Origin: Candidatus Latescibacterota bacterium
GTDB taxonomy: Bacteria; Latescibacterota; UBA2968; UBA8231
Assembly (NCBI GenBank): GCA_964291625.2
Contig: OZ220089.1
Location: forward strand, 1,120,001 to 1,184,000
Direction: 5' to 3'
DNA: 64,000 bases
Position numbers and translations under genes: made by a program
Notes under the pieces: generated by a model
Database searches by the model: none
Seen by the model: the letters and a program-made list of their open reading frames with translations, nothing else
What the model was told of the DNA's origin: nothing
Shown: piece by piece, positions 18,343 through 28,649 of the stretch
Layout of the letters: every line of letters starts with the position of its first letter
Position numbering within the stretch: position 1 is the stretch's first letter

Positions 18343-19155
18343 GTGAAGACCGACCTCACCCCCGATCAGATCGCCCACTACCGCGAGCGCGGGTACGTCG
18401 TCATCGACGGCTTTCTGTCCGAGGAGGAGCTGGAGCTCTGGCGGCGCTGGATCGACGAGGCGGTGGCCGCCCGCCAGGACCGCAAGCTGGCCAACAGGGA
18501 CTGGCGCGCCGGCGACGCCTACTACGACAAGGTCTTCACCCAGCGCATCAATCTGTGGATGGACCACGAGGGGGTCCGCCGCCTGATGCTCGACCGGCGG
18601 ATCGGCAGGATGGCCGCCGCGCTGGCCGGGGTGGACGGCATCCGCATCTGGCACGACCAGGCCCTGATCAAGGAGCCCTGGGCCAACCCCACCGGCTGGC
18701 ACCTCGACAACCCCTACTGGTCGTTCTCGTCGCGGCACGCCATCAGCCTCTGGGTCGCCCTCGACGACGTCACCCGCGACAACGGCTGCCTCTACTTCCT
18801 CCCCGGCACCCACCGGACGGCGACCTGGGAGAACGGCCCCATCAACGAGAACATCGCCGCCCTCTTCGAGCTCTACCCCGAGTGGGCGGCGCTGGAGGCC
18901 GACGCCGCCCCCATGAAGGCCGGGTCCTGCTCCTTCCACAACGGCCTCCTCGCCCACGGCGCCGGGGCCAACATGACCCCCGGCCGACGGCGGGCGATGA
19001 CCTGCGGTTTCATGCCCGATGGCTGCACCTTCAACGGCCAGACCAACGTGCTGCCCCCGGAGTACCTGGCCACCCTCTCGGAGGGCGACGTGCTCGACAA
19101 CGACGAGCAGAACCCCCTGCTCTACCACGTGCGGGGAGGGGGCGTAGGGGCCTGA
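18343..19155 (+). CDS. phytanoyl-CoA dioxygenase (PhyH) family protein
   Basis: WHLD, WVALD, NGCL..PGTH, HGAGAN...RR. Confidence 0.92.
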   Translation: MKTDLTPDQIAHYRERGYVVIDGFLSEEELELWRRWIDEAVAARQDRKLANRDWRAGDAYYDKVFTQRINLWMDHEGVRRLMLDRRIGRMAAALAGVDGIRIWHDQALIKEPWANPTGWHLDNPYWSFSSRHAISLWVALDDVTRDNGCLYFLPGTHRTATWENGPINENIAALFELYPEWAALEADAAPMKAGSCSFHNGLLAHGAGANMTPGRRRAMTCGFMPDGCTFNGQTNVLPPEYLATLSEGDVLDNDEQNPLLYHVRGGGVGA

Positions 19156-19269
19156 GGCCGACCGGCCGGGGTCCTTTTGGCGATGGCGGAAGGGCCGCGG
19201 GGCGGAACCCGCGAGGGTCGAGCATCGTCGGCCGGGAACGCCCGAAGTCCCCGTCGAATGGAGGGAGCC

Positions 19270-19869
19270 ATGACCGCCAGAACCCGATCCCGCCCGCGGA
19301 CCCTGCCCCATCCCGAGCATGCCCTGCGGCTGACCCGCGCCGCCATGGCGCTGGCCTGCTCGGCCGCTCTGCTCCTCGCCGCCTCCTGCGGCGGCGAGGA
19401 TCCGGTACAGCCGGGCCCCGTCAGCGCCGAAGAGGAGGAACAGATCAAGGCGGCCCTGCGGGATCGCTCCTTCCGCCAGTTCGATCCCTCCGTGGACGCG
19501 AGCCCGAGGAAGGGGGTCGTCCTCGACTTCTTCGACGGGGTCAGCCTCTGGGCCCAGTACGCCGAGGACGGGCATGCCGTCGACGAGTGGCAGATCTCCG
19601 CCGCCGACTACCGTCTCGAGAAGGCCGGGGAGGCCAAGTTCCAGGACGCGGAGTTCGTCATCCGGTTCGAGGGGGCGGAGTCCAGCCAGCTGTTCCCCGA
19701 TGAGTGCACCGACTGCATTCCGACCGGGGGCTTCTCCATCTCCGTACGCAACGTCTTCGACAGCGAACGGATCTCCTTCAGGCTCAACGACGAGGAGAAC
19801 CAGCTTCCTCCGCCTTTCCCGGTCTTCGGATCGTGGACGCGGTTCCGGGAGGACGAGTACTTCGAATAG
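19270..19869 (+). CDS. putative lipoprotein
   Basis: Lipobox LAASC after a hydrophobic stretch; CTDC motif. Confidence 0.65.
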   Translation: MTARTRSRPRTLPHPEHALRLTRAAMALACSAALLLAASCGGEDPVQPGPVSAEEEEQIKAALRDRSFRQFDPSVDASPRKGVVLDFFDGVSLWAQYAEDGHAVDEWQISAADYRLEKAGEAKFQDAEFVIRFEGAESSQLFPDECTDCIPTGGFSISVRNVFDSERISFRLNDEENQLPPPFPVFGSWTRFREDEYFE

Positions 19870-19968
19870 GTCCGCGGGGCCGGCGGTCCGGCAAGACGGT
19901 GGGAGCCGACCGGTGGCAGCAAGAGGATCGGCCCCAGGCATAGGGGGTGAGGAGACCGGACGGGAACC

Positions 19969-21483
19969 GTGGCTCAGGTAGAAGGCCGGGAGGAAGCAGC
20001 GGTCCGACGGATCGCACGGGGCGCGGTCCAGACCCTCACCAGCGCCTACGCGGGCCGGGTCGTCACCTGGATCGCCATCGTCGTCCTCACCCGCGAGCTC
20101 CCGCCGGAGGCTTTCGGCCAAGTCGCTCTGGCCGCCTCCGGGCTCGCCCTGGTCTCCGCCCTGCGCAGCTTCGGCCTCCACAATGCCCTGCTGCACCACT
20201 ACAAGCGGGTCGACGAACTCGCCCCCACTCACTTCTTCCTCAACACCGCCCTCGCCGTCCTCGGCACGGTCGGGGCCATCGCCCTGGCCGTCCTCTTCGT
20301 GGACGGTCGCTGGGGGCGCGGAGTGGCCACGGCCCTGGCCGTCTTCGCCGCCTTCGACCTCCTCCGGGCCACGGCCCTGACCGCCGAGACCCAGCTCCGG
20401 CGGGACCTCGAGTTCGGCTCCCTCGCATCCGCCCATGCCCTCGCCTTGATCCTCGCCGCGATCTCGGGCATCGCCCTGGCCTTTCTGGGCGGGGGGATCT
20501 GGGCCCTCATCCTCAGTCACTCCGTCTACGGGATCGGCTACGTCGCCGTCTACGGGGCCATGCTCTGGCGCCTCCGCTCCCCCCTGGCCTTCCGCCTCTC
20601 CGACTTCCGACCGAACGAGGCCCGACGCATGTTCGGGTACGGCGCCTGGATCTGGCTCGGCACGATGCTGCAGACCCTGGTGCTAAACTTCGACCGGCTC
20701 GTGGTGGAGGCCCTGCTCGACTTCGAGACCCTGGGGTTCTACGAGCGCGCCCACGTCTTCGCCCAACTGCCCACCGGGACGATCACCCACGCCCTCACCG
20801 GTGTCATGCTGGCCGTCTTCGCGCGCTACCAGGAGGACCGGGCACAGCTCGCCGGGGCTTTTCGCCGGGCCCTGCGGCTGATCATGCGCTCGGCGGTACC
20901 CCTGTCCGTCCTCCTCGCCATCGAGATCCCCGCCCTGACCCGCCTGATCCTGGACGAGAGCTGGATGCCCATGGCCTCCATCCTGCGGTGGCTGCTCCTG
21001 TTCTCCCTCTGCCGCCCCCTGCTGGAAGCGGCTCACGCCCTGTTGCGCAGCATCGGGGATCCCCGCGGATCGGCCGCCTTTGTCGCGGTGCAGGCCGTCG
21101 TCCTCCTCTTCGCGGCCCCCCTTCTCACCCGCTCTCACGCGATCGAAGGCACGGCCATGGCCATGAACCTCGCCGCTCTGGCCGGCACCCTGGTTGCGCT
21201 GCATCGGACCGCCGGCTTCGTCGAGGTTCCCTGGCTGCGCAGCACCGCTCCACCCCTGATTGCGGCCGCCGCAGCCGCCGGCGCCCGCCTGGCCAGCGGA
21301 CCACTGATCGAGGGCCTCCCGGATGTGGCCGCCCTTGTACTGGGCGCCGGCCTCTTCGTATGTTCCTACGGGATCGCCCTGTTGTGCATGGAGGGCCGCG
21401 GCCTGGTGAACGAGATGCGGACACTGCGCCAGGTCTTCAGGAAGGACGCCTTGACCGAGAAAGAACCAGGAGCGCACCCGTGA
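19969..21483 (+). CDS. oligosaccharide flippase (Wzx/WzxC-like)
   Basis: Polytopic membrane protein; LTREL.PEAFG, LGFYERA. Confidence 0.88.
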   Translation: MAQVEGREEAAVRRIARGAVQTLTSAYAGRVVTWIAIVVLTRELPPEAFGQVALAASGLALVSALRSFGLHNALLHHYKRVDELAPTHFFLNTALAVLGTVGAIALAVLFVDGRWGRGVATALAVFAAFDLLRATALTAETQLRRDLEFGSLASAHALALILAAISGIALAFLGGGIWALILSHSVYGIGYVAVYGAMLWRLRSPLAFRLSDFRPNEARRMFGYGAWIWLGTMLQTLVLNFDRLVVEALLDFETLGFYERAHVFAQLPTGTITHALTGVMLAVFARYQEDRAQLAGAFRRALRLIMRSAVPLSVLLAIEIPALTRLILDESWMPMASILRWLLLFSLCRPLLEAAHALLRSIGDPRGSAAFVAVQAVVLLFAAPLLTRSHAIEGTAMAMNLAALAGTLVALHRTAGFVEVPWLRSTAPPLIAAAAAAGARLASGPLIEGLPDVAALVLGAGLFVCSYGIALLCMEGRGLVNEMRTLRQVFRKDALTEKEPGAHP

Positions 21484-22313
21484 GCTCCGAGATGAAGATC
21501 GGAAGGCCCCCTTGGACGCGCGCCCAGATCCTGCAAGAGGTGGACGAGTTCGCTGATATCTACGCGGAACGCCCCGTCAGGGACAATCGGGGGGGGATGC
21601 AGGCGCCCCATATGTTTGCTCTATGGTTCATGGCAGGGAGGCTGTCGCCAGACCTGATTGTCGAGAGCGGGATCTGGAAGGGGCAAAGCACCTGGCTGCT
21701 CGAGAGAGCATGCCCGAAGGCCCAGTTGGTCTGCATCGATCTCAACCTGGACAATCGGGAGTACGTCTCCAGCAGGGCCATCTACGATGACCGGGACTTC
21801 TCGGAGCAAGACTGGTCGGGAATAAGCGACCGCTCACTGGTGTTCTTTGACGACCATCAGAATGCTTACAAGAGGGTCCAGCAGTGCAGGTGGTTCGGAT
21901 TCAGGCAGATGATTTTCGAGGACAACTACCCCTCTGGCCATGGAGACTGCTACAGCCTCAAGAAGGCCTTCTCCAAGACCGGATTCGATCCTTCTCACCT
22001 TGGCCCGCGCCTGCCACTGCCGCGGAGGTTGACCAGGCGGATCGGCCTTGCCCTGCTCTTCCTCAGCCCCCAGTACGAACGGTCGAGGATCCCGCCGAAC
22101 GACATCGATGCACGCATGTTGGAAGGGAACCTCGAAACCTACTGCGAGTTTCCGCCGGTCTTCAAGCCGCAGCAGACCCGGTGGGGAGACACCTGGGACG
22201 AATCCTACCCGACGCCGGATCCCTTGCTGAGTCGACCCGAGAAGCCCTCCCACCGCCTGTTTCTCGAGGAGGCAGACTCCTACAACTGGATGTGTTACGC
22301 CAAGCTCAAGTAG
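21480..22313 (+). CDS. methyltransferase-fold protein of the glycan locus
   Basis: IVESGIWKGQST, FFDDHQN, IFEDNY; GTGA overlap with the upstream stop. Confidence 0.7.
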   Translation: MSSEMKIGRPPWTRAQILQEVDEFADIYAERPVRDNRGGMQAPHMFALWFMAGRLSPDLIVESGIWKGQSTWLLERACPKAQLVCIDLNLDNREYVSSRAIYDDRDFSEQDWSGISDRSLVFFDDHQNAYKRVQQCRWFGFRQMIFEDNYPSGHGDCYSLKKAFSKTGFDPSHLGPRLPLPRRLTRRIGLALLFLSPQYERSRIPPNDIDARMLEGNLETYCEFPPVFKPQQTRWGDTWDESYPTPDPLLSRPEKPSHRLFLEEADSYNWMCYAKLK

Positions 22314-22346
22314 GACTGGCTGCCCCCAAACCCTGAGTAGTCCCTG

Positions 22347-23531
22347 TTGGCCCACCCTCAGACAGTCCTTGTCGGATCACTGCCTCCTCCTCTCACCGGG
22401 CAGACCGTTGCATTCCAGATGGCCTGCGATGGCTTTCGGAGACGCCGACTGCCCTTTCGAGTGATCGACCTCAGCGGCGGGACCCACACCAGGCCCGAAG
22501 GCGAGTTCTCCCTGGTGCGCATGTGGCAACTCTTCAAGCCTTTCCAGGAGGCCCTCATCCTGTTGGCCGGCCGGAGAACCCTCTATCTCAGTGCGGCGCA
22601 GAACTGGATGGGGTTTCTGCGAGACAGTGTCTTCATACTTCTGGCTGTCATGGGCCGACAGCGAATCGTGGTTCACGTACATGGAGGGTTCTACGACGGC
22701 TTCTACAGCTCCCTGGGGCCAGTGCAGCAGTACCTTGTCCGCAGAGCGCTCAGGCGCGTTCACAGGATCGTGATCCTCGGAAGAGCACTCTCCGGAATGT
22801 TCGACTTTGAGCCTGCTCTGGGTGCAAGAACCGTGGTCGCATTCAATGGTCTACCCTACGATCGGAAGGACACCCCTGGCGAGCCCAAGCGGCTCCCCTC
22901 GGTTTCTCGCGGTCGTCCGAGGCTTCTCTTTCTGTCCAACCTGATCGTGAGCAAGGGCTACCTTCAGGCCCTCGAGGCCCTTCGCATCCTGGTGCAGGTC
23001 AAGGGGGTCGATGTCGAATGTCACTTCTGCGGCAGCTTCGTCCTCGCCTCGGACGTCTGCCCCTATTCCAGCTCTGAAGAAGCAGAGGCTGACTTCCACG
23101 CCCGGGTCGAGGACTCAGGTCTCAAGGAGCGCGCTATCTGGCATGGCCCTGTAGACGGGGAAGAGAAGATGCGGTTTCTCAGGGAGAGTCATTTCTTTCT
23201 CCTGCCTACCCGCTACAGGTACGAAGCCCAGCCGATCTCCATCATTGAGGCCCTGGCCTTCGGGCTGGTCGTGATTTCGACGCCTTTCCGCACCATCCCC
23301 GAGATGATCGAGGAAGGCCGGTCAGGGGAGCTGGTCCCCTTTGACAGGCCCGACGAAATCGCACGGGTGGTCCAGTCCTACACTCGGAACCCCGAGAGGT
23401 TCATCGCCATGAGTCGAGCCTCCATCGACCGCTACCGCAAAGCGTTTACCCAGGAGCAGCATCTGGACAGGCTGATACCCCTCGTTCTGGGGGGAACCTC
23501 CGCCAGCCAGCCACATGGGGAACCGACATGA
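22347..23531 (+). CDS. glycosyltransferase family 4
   Basis: HVHGG, FLSNL..SKG, EAQPISIIEA (EX7E). Confidence 0.9.
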   Translation: MAHPQTVLVGSLPPPLTGQTVAFQMACDGFRRRRLPFRVIDLSGGTHTRPEGEFSLVRMWQLFKPFQEALILLAGRRTLYLSAAQNWMGFLRDSVFILLAVMGRQRIVVHVHGGFYDGFYSSLGPVQQYLVRRALRRVHRIVILGRALSGMFDFEPALGARTVVAFNGLPYDRKDTPGEPKRLPSVSRGRPRLLFLSNLIVSKGYLQALEALRILVQVKGVDVECHFCGSFVLASDVCPYSSSEEAEADFHARVEDSGLKERAIWHGPVDGEEKMRFLRESHFFLLPTRYRYEAQPISIIEALAFGLVVISTPFRTIPEMIEEGRSGELVPFDRPDEIARVVQSYTRNPERFIAMSRASIDRYRKAFTQEQHLDRLIPLVLGGTSASQPHGEPT

Positions 23532-26500
23532 AGGCTGAACTGCTGAAACTCGCCCTCTCTTCGCTTGCCGTCCTCGGCCCGCTGTCCAGCCAGCCGGCCG
23601 GTGCCGAGTCCACTATCGAGGGCCACGTACGCCTGCCGTCGGGCGCGCCGGTTCCCGGGGCCCAGGTGATGCTCTTCGATCTGGCCGAGTTGGGACGGCT
23701 GGCTTCGGTGACAACCGACGAAGCCGGCCGGTTCTCCCTGTCCCTGACCAGCCTTGGAGGCTCGGCCCTGCCGGACCAGTTCTCCCTCGGGCAGAACTAC
23801 CCCAATCCCTTCAACCCTTCCACCATCATCCCCTACCAGTTGCCGGCCCCCGCTCGCGTGCGCCTGGAGGTGTTCAACCTCCTGGGCCAACGGATCGCCA
23901 CCCTTGTGGACGAGGTGCGGCCCCCCGGCTTTCACAACGCCCGCTGGGACGGCACCGACGCGGCTGGACGGGCCGTGGCCGCCGGGCTCTATCTCTACCG
24001 GTTGCAGAGCGACCACATGGCGGCCACCGGGCGCATGGTGCTGGTCGACGGGCAGGCGGGGATCCCCGCACCTGGCGCCATCCCGGAACATCGGCCTACG
24101 GCGGGCACCGAGACCTCGACGGAGTCTTCCGTCCTTGGCCTGACCGTCTCCGGTCCGGGGCTGGCCACCTACGTGGACCCGGCCTTTCGAGTGGAGGCAG
24201 GCATGGGGGCCGTGGACCTGTTGGTGGAGGTGGTGGACATCCCGCCAAGGGGAAAGGCCGCCACGAGCGGAGTACCTGGCGACGTCGACAACAACGGCCG
24301 GGTCGATATCGTCGACGCCCTGCTGGTGGCCACCTACATCGCCGACAACTCCGTCACCATGCCCAACAACGGCGATATCTCCCTGGCCGACATGAACAGC
24401 GACGGCCGCATCGACTACATCGACGTCTGGCTCATCGTCACCCAGTTCGTGCTTCAGCAGATCGGAGGACAGGAGCCCCCAGTTGGCGAGACGTCCAGGA
24501 TGTACTGGCTCGACCGGGGCACGCACCGGATTCAACGGGCCGACCTCGACGGGTCCAATGTCGAGAACCTGGTCACCGCGGGGGTGAGCGCGCCCAAGGA
24601 GCTGGCCCTGGATGCTGGGGCGGGCAAGATGTACTGGACGGATAGCACGACGAACAAGATTCAGAGGGCCAACCTCGACGGGTCCCAGGTGGAGGACCTC
24701 GTCACCGGACTCGTCGGACCGGCTGCCCTGGAGCTGGATGTGGCGGCGGGCCTGATGTACTGGACGGATTCGAGGATCGGGAAGATCCAGCGCGCCAACC
24801 TCGATGGGTCGGGCGTGGAGGATCTCGTCGCCGGCCTGCGCGACCCCCAGGGGCTGGCGTTGGATGTGGCGGCCGGCCTGATGTACTGGACCGACCAGGG
24901 GACGAAAGAGATTCGGCGCGCCAACCTCGATGGCTCCAACCCTCAGGGTCTCCTCACCTCCGGACTTCGCGCCCCTACGGCTTTGGCCCTGGATACGGAA
25001 GCGGGCAAGATGTACTGGACCGACTGGGGCACGGACAAGATCCAACGCGCTGACCTCGATGGATCCAACGTTGAAGACCTCGCCCGTACAAGTGGGGATA
25101 TCCTTCACGGGCTGGCCCTCGATCTGGCGGCCGGCAAGATGTACTGGACCGACCATGGCCGAGGAAGAATCCAACGGGCCGACCTCGATGGGTCCAATGT
25201 GGAGGATCTGGTCACCACCGGATTGAGCGGGCCCTCCGGACTGGCCTTGGAGATCGCTGGTGCCGAAGCCCCTCCCACCGCCACGCTGTCGCCCGACCCG
25301 TCCTCCATGGACCTCCTCGACGACGGGACCTGGCACGCCTTCACCGTCCAGGCCAACGAGTCCGTCGTCGTCGTCGCCAACCCCGCCGGAACCACCCCTC
25401 GGGTCGAGATCACCGGCACCAGCGGCGCCGCCAACCGATGCCCCGCCGCGGCCCGGGACAGCCTGTCGCGCGAGGACGGCCAGACCATCTACCTGGCCGG
25501 GTGCTCCGCCGGCCTGGCCAAGGTGGAGCTGCGGCGAGCTTCGGATCAGACCCTCCTGAGGACTTACAACTTCACCATAGAGGAGACCCCCGCCGCCACA
25601 ACGGGGCCGGGTATCGCCAGGATCTACTGGACCACCGGCGACAAGATCCTGCGGGCGGACGCGGACGGCGGCAACGTCGAAGACCTCGTCGCCTTCGGGT
25701 CTCCGCGAAGTCTGGCCCTCGATGTGCTGGAAGGCCACGTCTACTGGACCGACCAGAGCAGCCGCTGGATCTGGCGAGCCAACCTCGACGGGTCCGGAAC
25801 CGAAGCCGTCATCGCCTCCGGCCTCATCCGCCCCGTCGCCATCGCCCTCGACGGGACCCGGGGCCAGATCTACTGGACCGACGCCGGATCCAACAGGATC
25901 CAGCGAGCCAACCTCGACGGATCGCGGGTGGAGACCCTGGTCCGCATCGGCCTCCACAGCCCCGAGGGCCTGGCCCTGGACGTGGACGCCGGCAAGATCT
26001 ACTGGTCCGACTACGGCACCAACAAGATCCAGAGAGCCAACCTCGACGGGTCCGACGTCGAAGACCTCGTCACCACCGGCCTGAGAGTCCCCGGGGAGCT
26101 GGCCCTCGATACGGGGGCGGGCAAGATCTACTGGACGGACTACGGGACCGACAAGATCCAGCGGGCCGACCTCGACGGATCCAACGTCGAGGACCTCGTG
26201 ACGACCGGACTGAGAATCGCCAAGGGCCTGGCCCTGGATGTGGCCGGGGGCAAGATCTATTGGACCGACGCCGGAACCCGGAAGATCGCGAGGGCCGATC
26301 TCGACGGCTCCAACGTCGAAACCCTCATCACCCGCTCAACCGACAGCCCCACCGGCCTGGCCCTGGCCGATCCCTTCGCCTCCCTGTCACCAAACCCCTC
26401 GGCCGTCGCGCTGCCCAGGCCCGGGACCTGGCGCCCCTTCGAGGTGCAGGCCACCGAGCCAGTTCTCGTAGTGGCCAATCCCACGGGAACCCCGGCGCGT

Positions 26501-27451
26501 ATCCTGGTCGCCCAATCCGGCGGGGCCACCAGCGACTGCCCGGCGATGGGGGAGGCCGTCCTCACCCGCTACCACGGACAATCCGTCTACCTGGCTGCCT
26601 GCGAGGCGGGCCAAGCCACCGTCGAGTTGCGCAGTGTGTCGGACCAAGCCGTCCTTCAGACCTATGTCCTGAGAATACCCGACAAGACGAGGATGTACTG
26701 GACCAACGCCGGCAGCCGGGACAGGATTCAGCGAGCCGACATCGACGGATCCAACCTGGAGAACCTGGTCACCACCGGATTGAACAATCCGATCGATGTG
26801 GCCTTGGACGTGACGGCTGGAAAGATGTACTGGACCGACCATGGCACGGACAAGATCCAACGGGCCAACCTTGACGGGTCCAATGTCGAAGATCTCGTCA
26901 CTACTGCATTGAGGTACCCTGTGGGGTTGGCCCTGGACTTGACGGCCGGCAAGATGTATTGGACGGACATGGAACTGGACAGGATCCGGCGGGCCAATCT
27001 CGACGGATCCAGAATCGAGAATCTCGTCACCAGTGGATTGGTCAACCCCAGGGGGCTGGCCCTGGACGTGGCAAGGGGCAAGATGTACTGGGCCGACCAT
27101 GGTATCGACAAGATTCAGCGTGCCGACCTCGACGGATCCAATGTGGAGGACCTCGTCACCATCGGCCTGGTTGCACCGGATCGATTGGCCCTGGATATCG
27201 ACGGCAACTGGATGTACTGGACCGAATCCGGCGCCGGGAAGATTCAGCGCGCCAGGCTCAACGGAACCAATGTCCAGGATCTCATCACCACACTGGAGCA
27301 GCCCAGGGGGATTGCCTTGGATCTGGAGGGCGGCCGGATGTACTGGACCGACATCATCACGCGGAAAGTCCAGAGTGCCAACCTCGACGGATCCCAGGTC
27401 CGGGACCTCGTTACGGGACTGGACACTCCCACTTCCATTGTGCTGGAATAG
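23528..27451 (+). CDS. secreted protein: carboxypeptidase-regulatory-like, FlgD/T9SS-type Ig and dockerin-like domains plus three 6-bladed YWTD (LDL-receptor class B) propellers
   Basis: Signal peptide; QNYPNPFNPST; GDVDNNG and DMNSDG loops; 18 YWTD-type repeats. Confidence 0.9.
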   Translation: MKAELLKLALSSLAVLGPLSSQPAGAESTIEGHVRLPSGAPVPGAQVMLFDLAELGRLASVTTDEAGRFSLSLTSLGGSALPDQFSLGQNYPNPFNPSTIIPYQLPAPARVRLEVFNLLGQRIATLVDEVRPPGFHNARWDGTDAAGRAVAAGLYLYRLQSDHMAATGRMVLVDGQAGIPAPGAIPEHRPTAGTETSTESSVLGLTVSGPGLATYVDPAFRVEAGMGAVDLLVEVVDIPPRGKAATSGVPGDVDNNGRVDIVDALLVATYIADNSVTMPNNGDISLADMNSDGRIDYIDVWLIVTQFVLQQIGGQEPPVGETSRMYWLDRGTHRIQRADLDGSNVENLVTAGVSAPKELALDAGAGKMYWTDSTTNKIQRANLDGSQVEDLVTGLVGPAALELDVAAGLMYWTDSRIGKIQRANLDGSGVEDLVAGLRDPQGLALDVAAGLMYWTDQGTKEIRRANLDGSNPQGLLTSGLRAPTALALDTEAGKMYWTDWGTDKIQRADLDGSNVEDLARTSGDILHGLALDLAAGKMYWTDHGRGRIQRADLDGSNVEDLVTTGLSGPSGLALEIAGAEAPPTATLSPDPSSMDLLDDGTWHAFTVQANESVVVVANPAGTTPRVEITGTSGAANRCPAAARDSLSREDGQTIYLAGCSAGLAKVELRRASDQTLLRTYNFTIEETPAATTGPGIARIYWTTGDKILRADADGGNVEDLVAFGSPRSLALDVLEGHVYWTDQSSRWIWRANLDGSGTEAVIASGLIRPVAIALDGTRGQIYWTDAGSNRIQRANLDGSRVETLVRIGLHSPEGLALDVDAGKIYWSDYGTNKIQRANLDGSDVEDLVTTGLRVPGELALDTGAGKIYWTDYGTDKIQRADLDGSNVEDLVTTGLRIAKGLALDVAGGKIYWTDAGTRKIARADLDGSNVETLITRSTDSPTGLALADPFASLSPNPSAVALPRPGTWRPFEVQATEPVLVVANPTGTPARILVAQSGGATSDCPAMGEAVLTRYHGQSVYLAACEAGQATVELRSVSDQAVLQTYVLRIPDKTRMYWTNAGSRDRIQRADIDGSNLENLVTTGLNNPIDVALDVTAGKMYWTDHGTDKIQRANLDGSNVEDLVTTALRYPVGLALDLTAGKMYWTDMELDRIRRANLDGSRIENLVTSGLVNPRGLALDVARGKMYWADHGIDKIQRADLDGSNVEDLVTIGLVAPDRLALDIDGNWMYWTESGAGKIQRARLNGTNVQDLITTLEQPRGIALDLEGGRMYWTDIITRKVQSANLDGSQVRDLVTGLDTPTSIVLE
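24500..27448 (+). repeat. 18 intragenic ~129-bp YWTD repeats in three blocks of six
   Basis: Recurrent KMYWTD...KIQRA(N/D)LDGSNVEDLV; blocks at about 24500-25250, 25620-26365 and 26693-27448. Confidence 0.9.
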
Positions 27452-27483
27452 TTGTGCGCCGGGTCACGCGGCTCGAGAGCCCA

Positions 27484-28644
27484 CTAGTCGCAGACCGAAT
27501 CGATCGCCTTCGAGATTCCGGCCACCATATTCCGGAGATTCACCTTCTCCCTCACGATTCTCCGGGATGCCTTGCCCATCTCCTTGAGGCGCCCTTTGTC
27601 AGCAAGGAGATCAAGCATCGCCTTCTCGAGGGCGGCTTCATCGCCCGGCTTGACGATGTGTCCATTGACTCCTTCGATCACAAGATCACGTTCGGTCCCA
27701 TCCGCCTCGGAGCAGATCACAGGCTTACCGAACGCCATGGCCTGGTTCAAGGCCAGGCCGCCCAGGCCTGGCAGCACGAAGATGTCGGCCATGGCGAAAT
27801 AGGGATTGGATTCCTCCTTCCGGCCGACAAATGTCACATCCCTCACAGAAAGCTTGTCGACCAGCTCCTCCAGCTCCTTCCTGCAGGACCCGTCTCCCAC
27901 GATGACGAGAGCGGCTTCCGGGCATCTGTCTCGGATCCGCGAATAGGCACGGATCAGCGTATCGACGCGCTTCTGCCGGAGGAGTGCGCCAACGCTCAGG
28001 ACGACCTTCCGGCCCTCAACCCCCAGATTGCGTCTCACCCTGAGGCCCTCCTGCATGAATCTCTGGAGATGGAGGTCGATCTCCTCGGTGTCGATCGTGT
28101 TGTGGGCTATGTGAATCCTGTCCGGCGCCGCTCCCAGTTCGATCAGATAGTCTCTGGCATGCGTTCCATAGGCGATGAATGCGTGAGCCGGCAAAATGGC
28201 CAGCCGCGTGTAGCAACGGATGAGCCTCCGGGCCCAGGTTCTTTGCTCCGGCCTCTCCCAGGCTCCAACCCACCAGATGAATCTTCGGCCCGAGAGCCGG
28301 CAATAGATGCCCACCAGCAGATTGGTCAGGATGTTGAAAGTCCCTTCTGCAATGACCATGTGGGCAGCGAGTGACCTGACGGCCGACAGACTACCCGGCT
28401 GCAGTGTGGCGGTAAGGCCGAACAGGGAGAGCCTGTACCACTCAGCGTAGGCGGCCTTGAAGGGTAACCTGCCGCCATGGGCTACATGCCCGGAATTCAG
28501 GGACTTCGTTCCATGGACGACCACAACATCCAGGTCGGGCCGCTCCGACAAGCGTTGGAACAGGGGAACCCGGTAGTGAGGGATGATCCTCTGGATGATG
28601 ACCACGGACCTCTTCGCCCGCTCCTCCACCCCGGTCGAGTCCAT
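27484..28644 (-). CDS. glycosyltransferase family 4
   Basis: PHYR.PLF, SVGAL..QK, DIFVLPGLGGLALNQAMAFG. Confidence 0.9.
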   Translation of the reverse strand: MDSTGVEERAKRSVVIIQRIIPHYRVPLFQRLSERPDLDVVVVHGTKSLNSGHVAHGGRLPFKAAYAEWYRLSLFGLTATLQPGSLSAVRSLAAHMVIAEGTFNILTNLLVGIYCRLSGRRFIWWVGAWERPEQRTWARRLIRCYTRLAILPAHAFIAYGTHARDYLIELGAAPDRIHIAHNTIDTEEIDLHLQRFMQEGLRVRRNLGVEGRKVVLSVGALLRQKRVDTLIRAYSRIRDRCPEAALVIVGDGSCRKELEELVDKLSVRDVTFVGRKEESNPYFAMADIFVLPGLGGLALNQAMAFGKPVICSEADGTERDLVIEGVNGHIVKPGDEAALEKAMLDLLADKGRLKEMGKASRRIVREKVNLRNMVAGISKAIDSVCD

Positions 28645-28649
28645 CGGAC

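Noticed and set aside
18166-20520. 784-aa minus-strand ORF (likewise 23432..25957)
   Set aside because: Antisense to well-supported genes.
24500-27448. Periodic DNA repeats resembling a CRISPR array
   Set aside because: They are degenerate, in-frame coding YWTD repeats; there are no unique spacers or cas genes.
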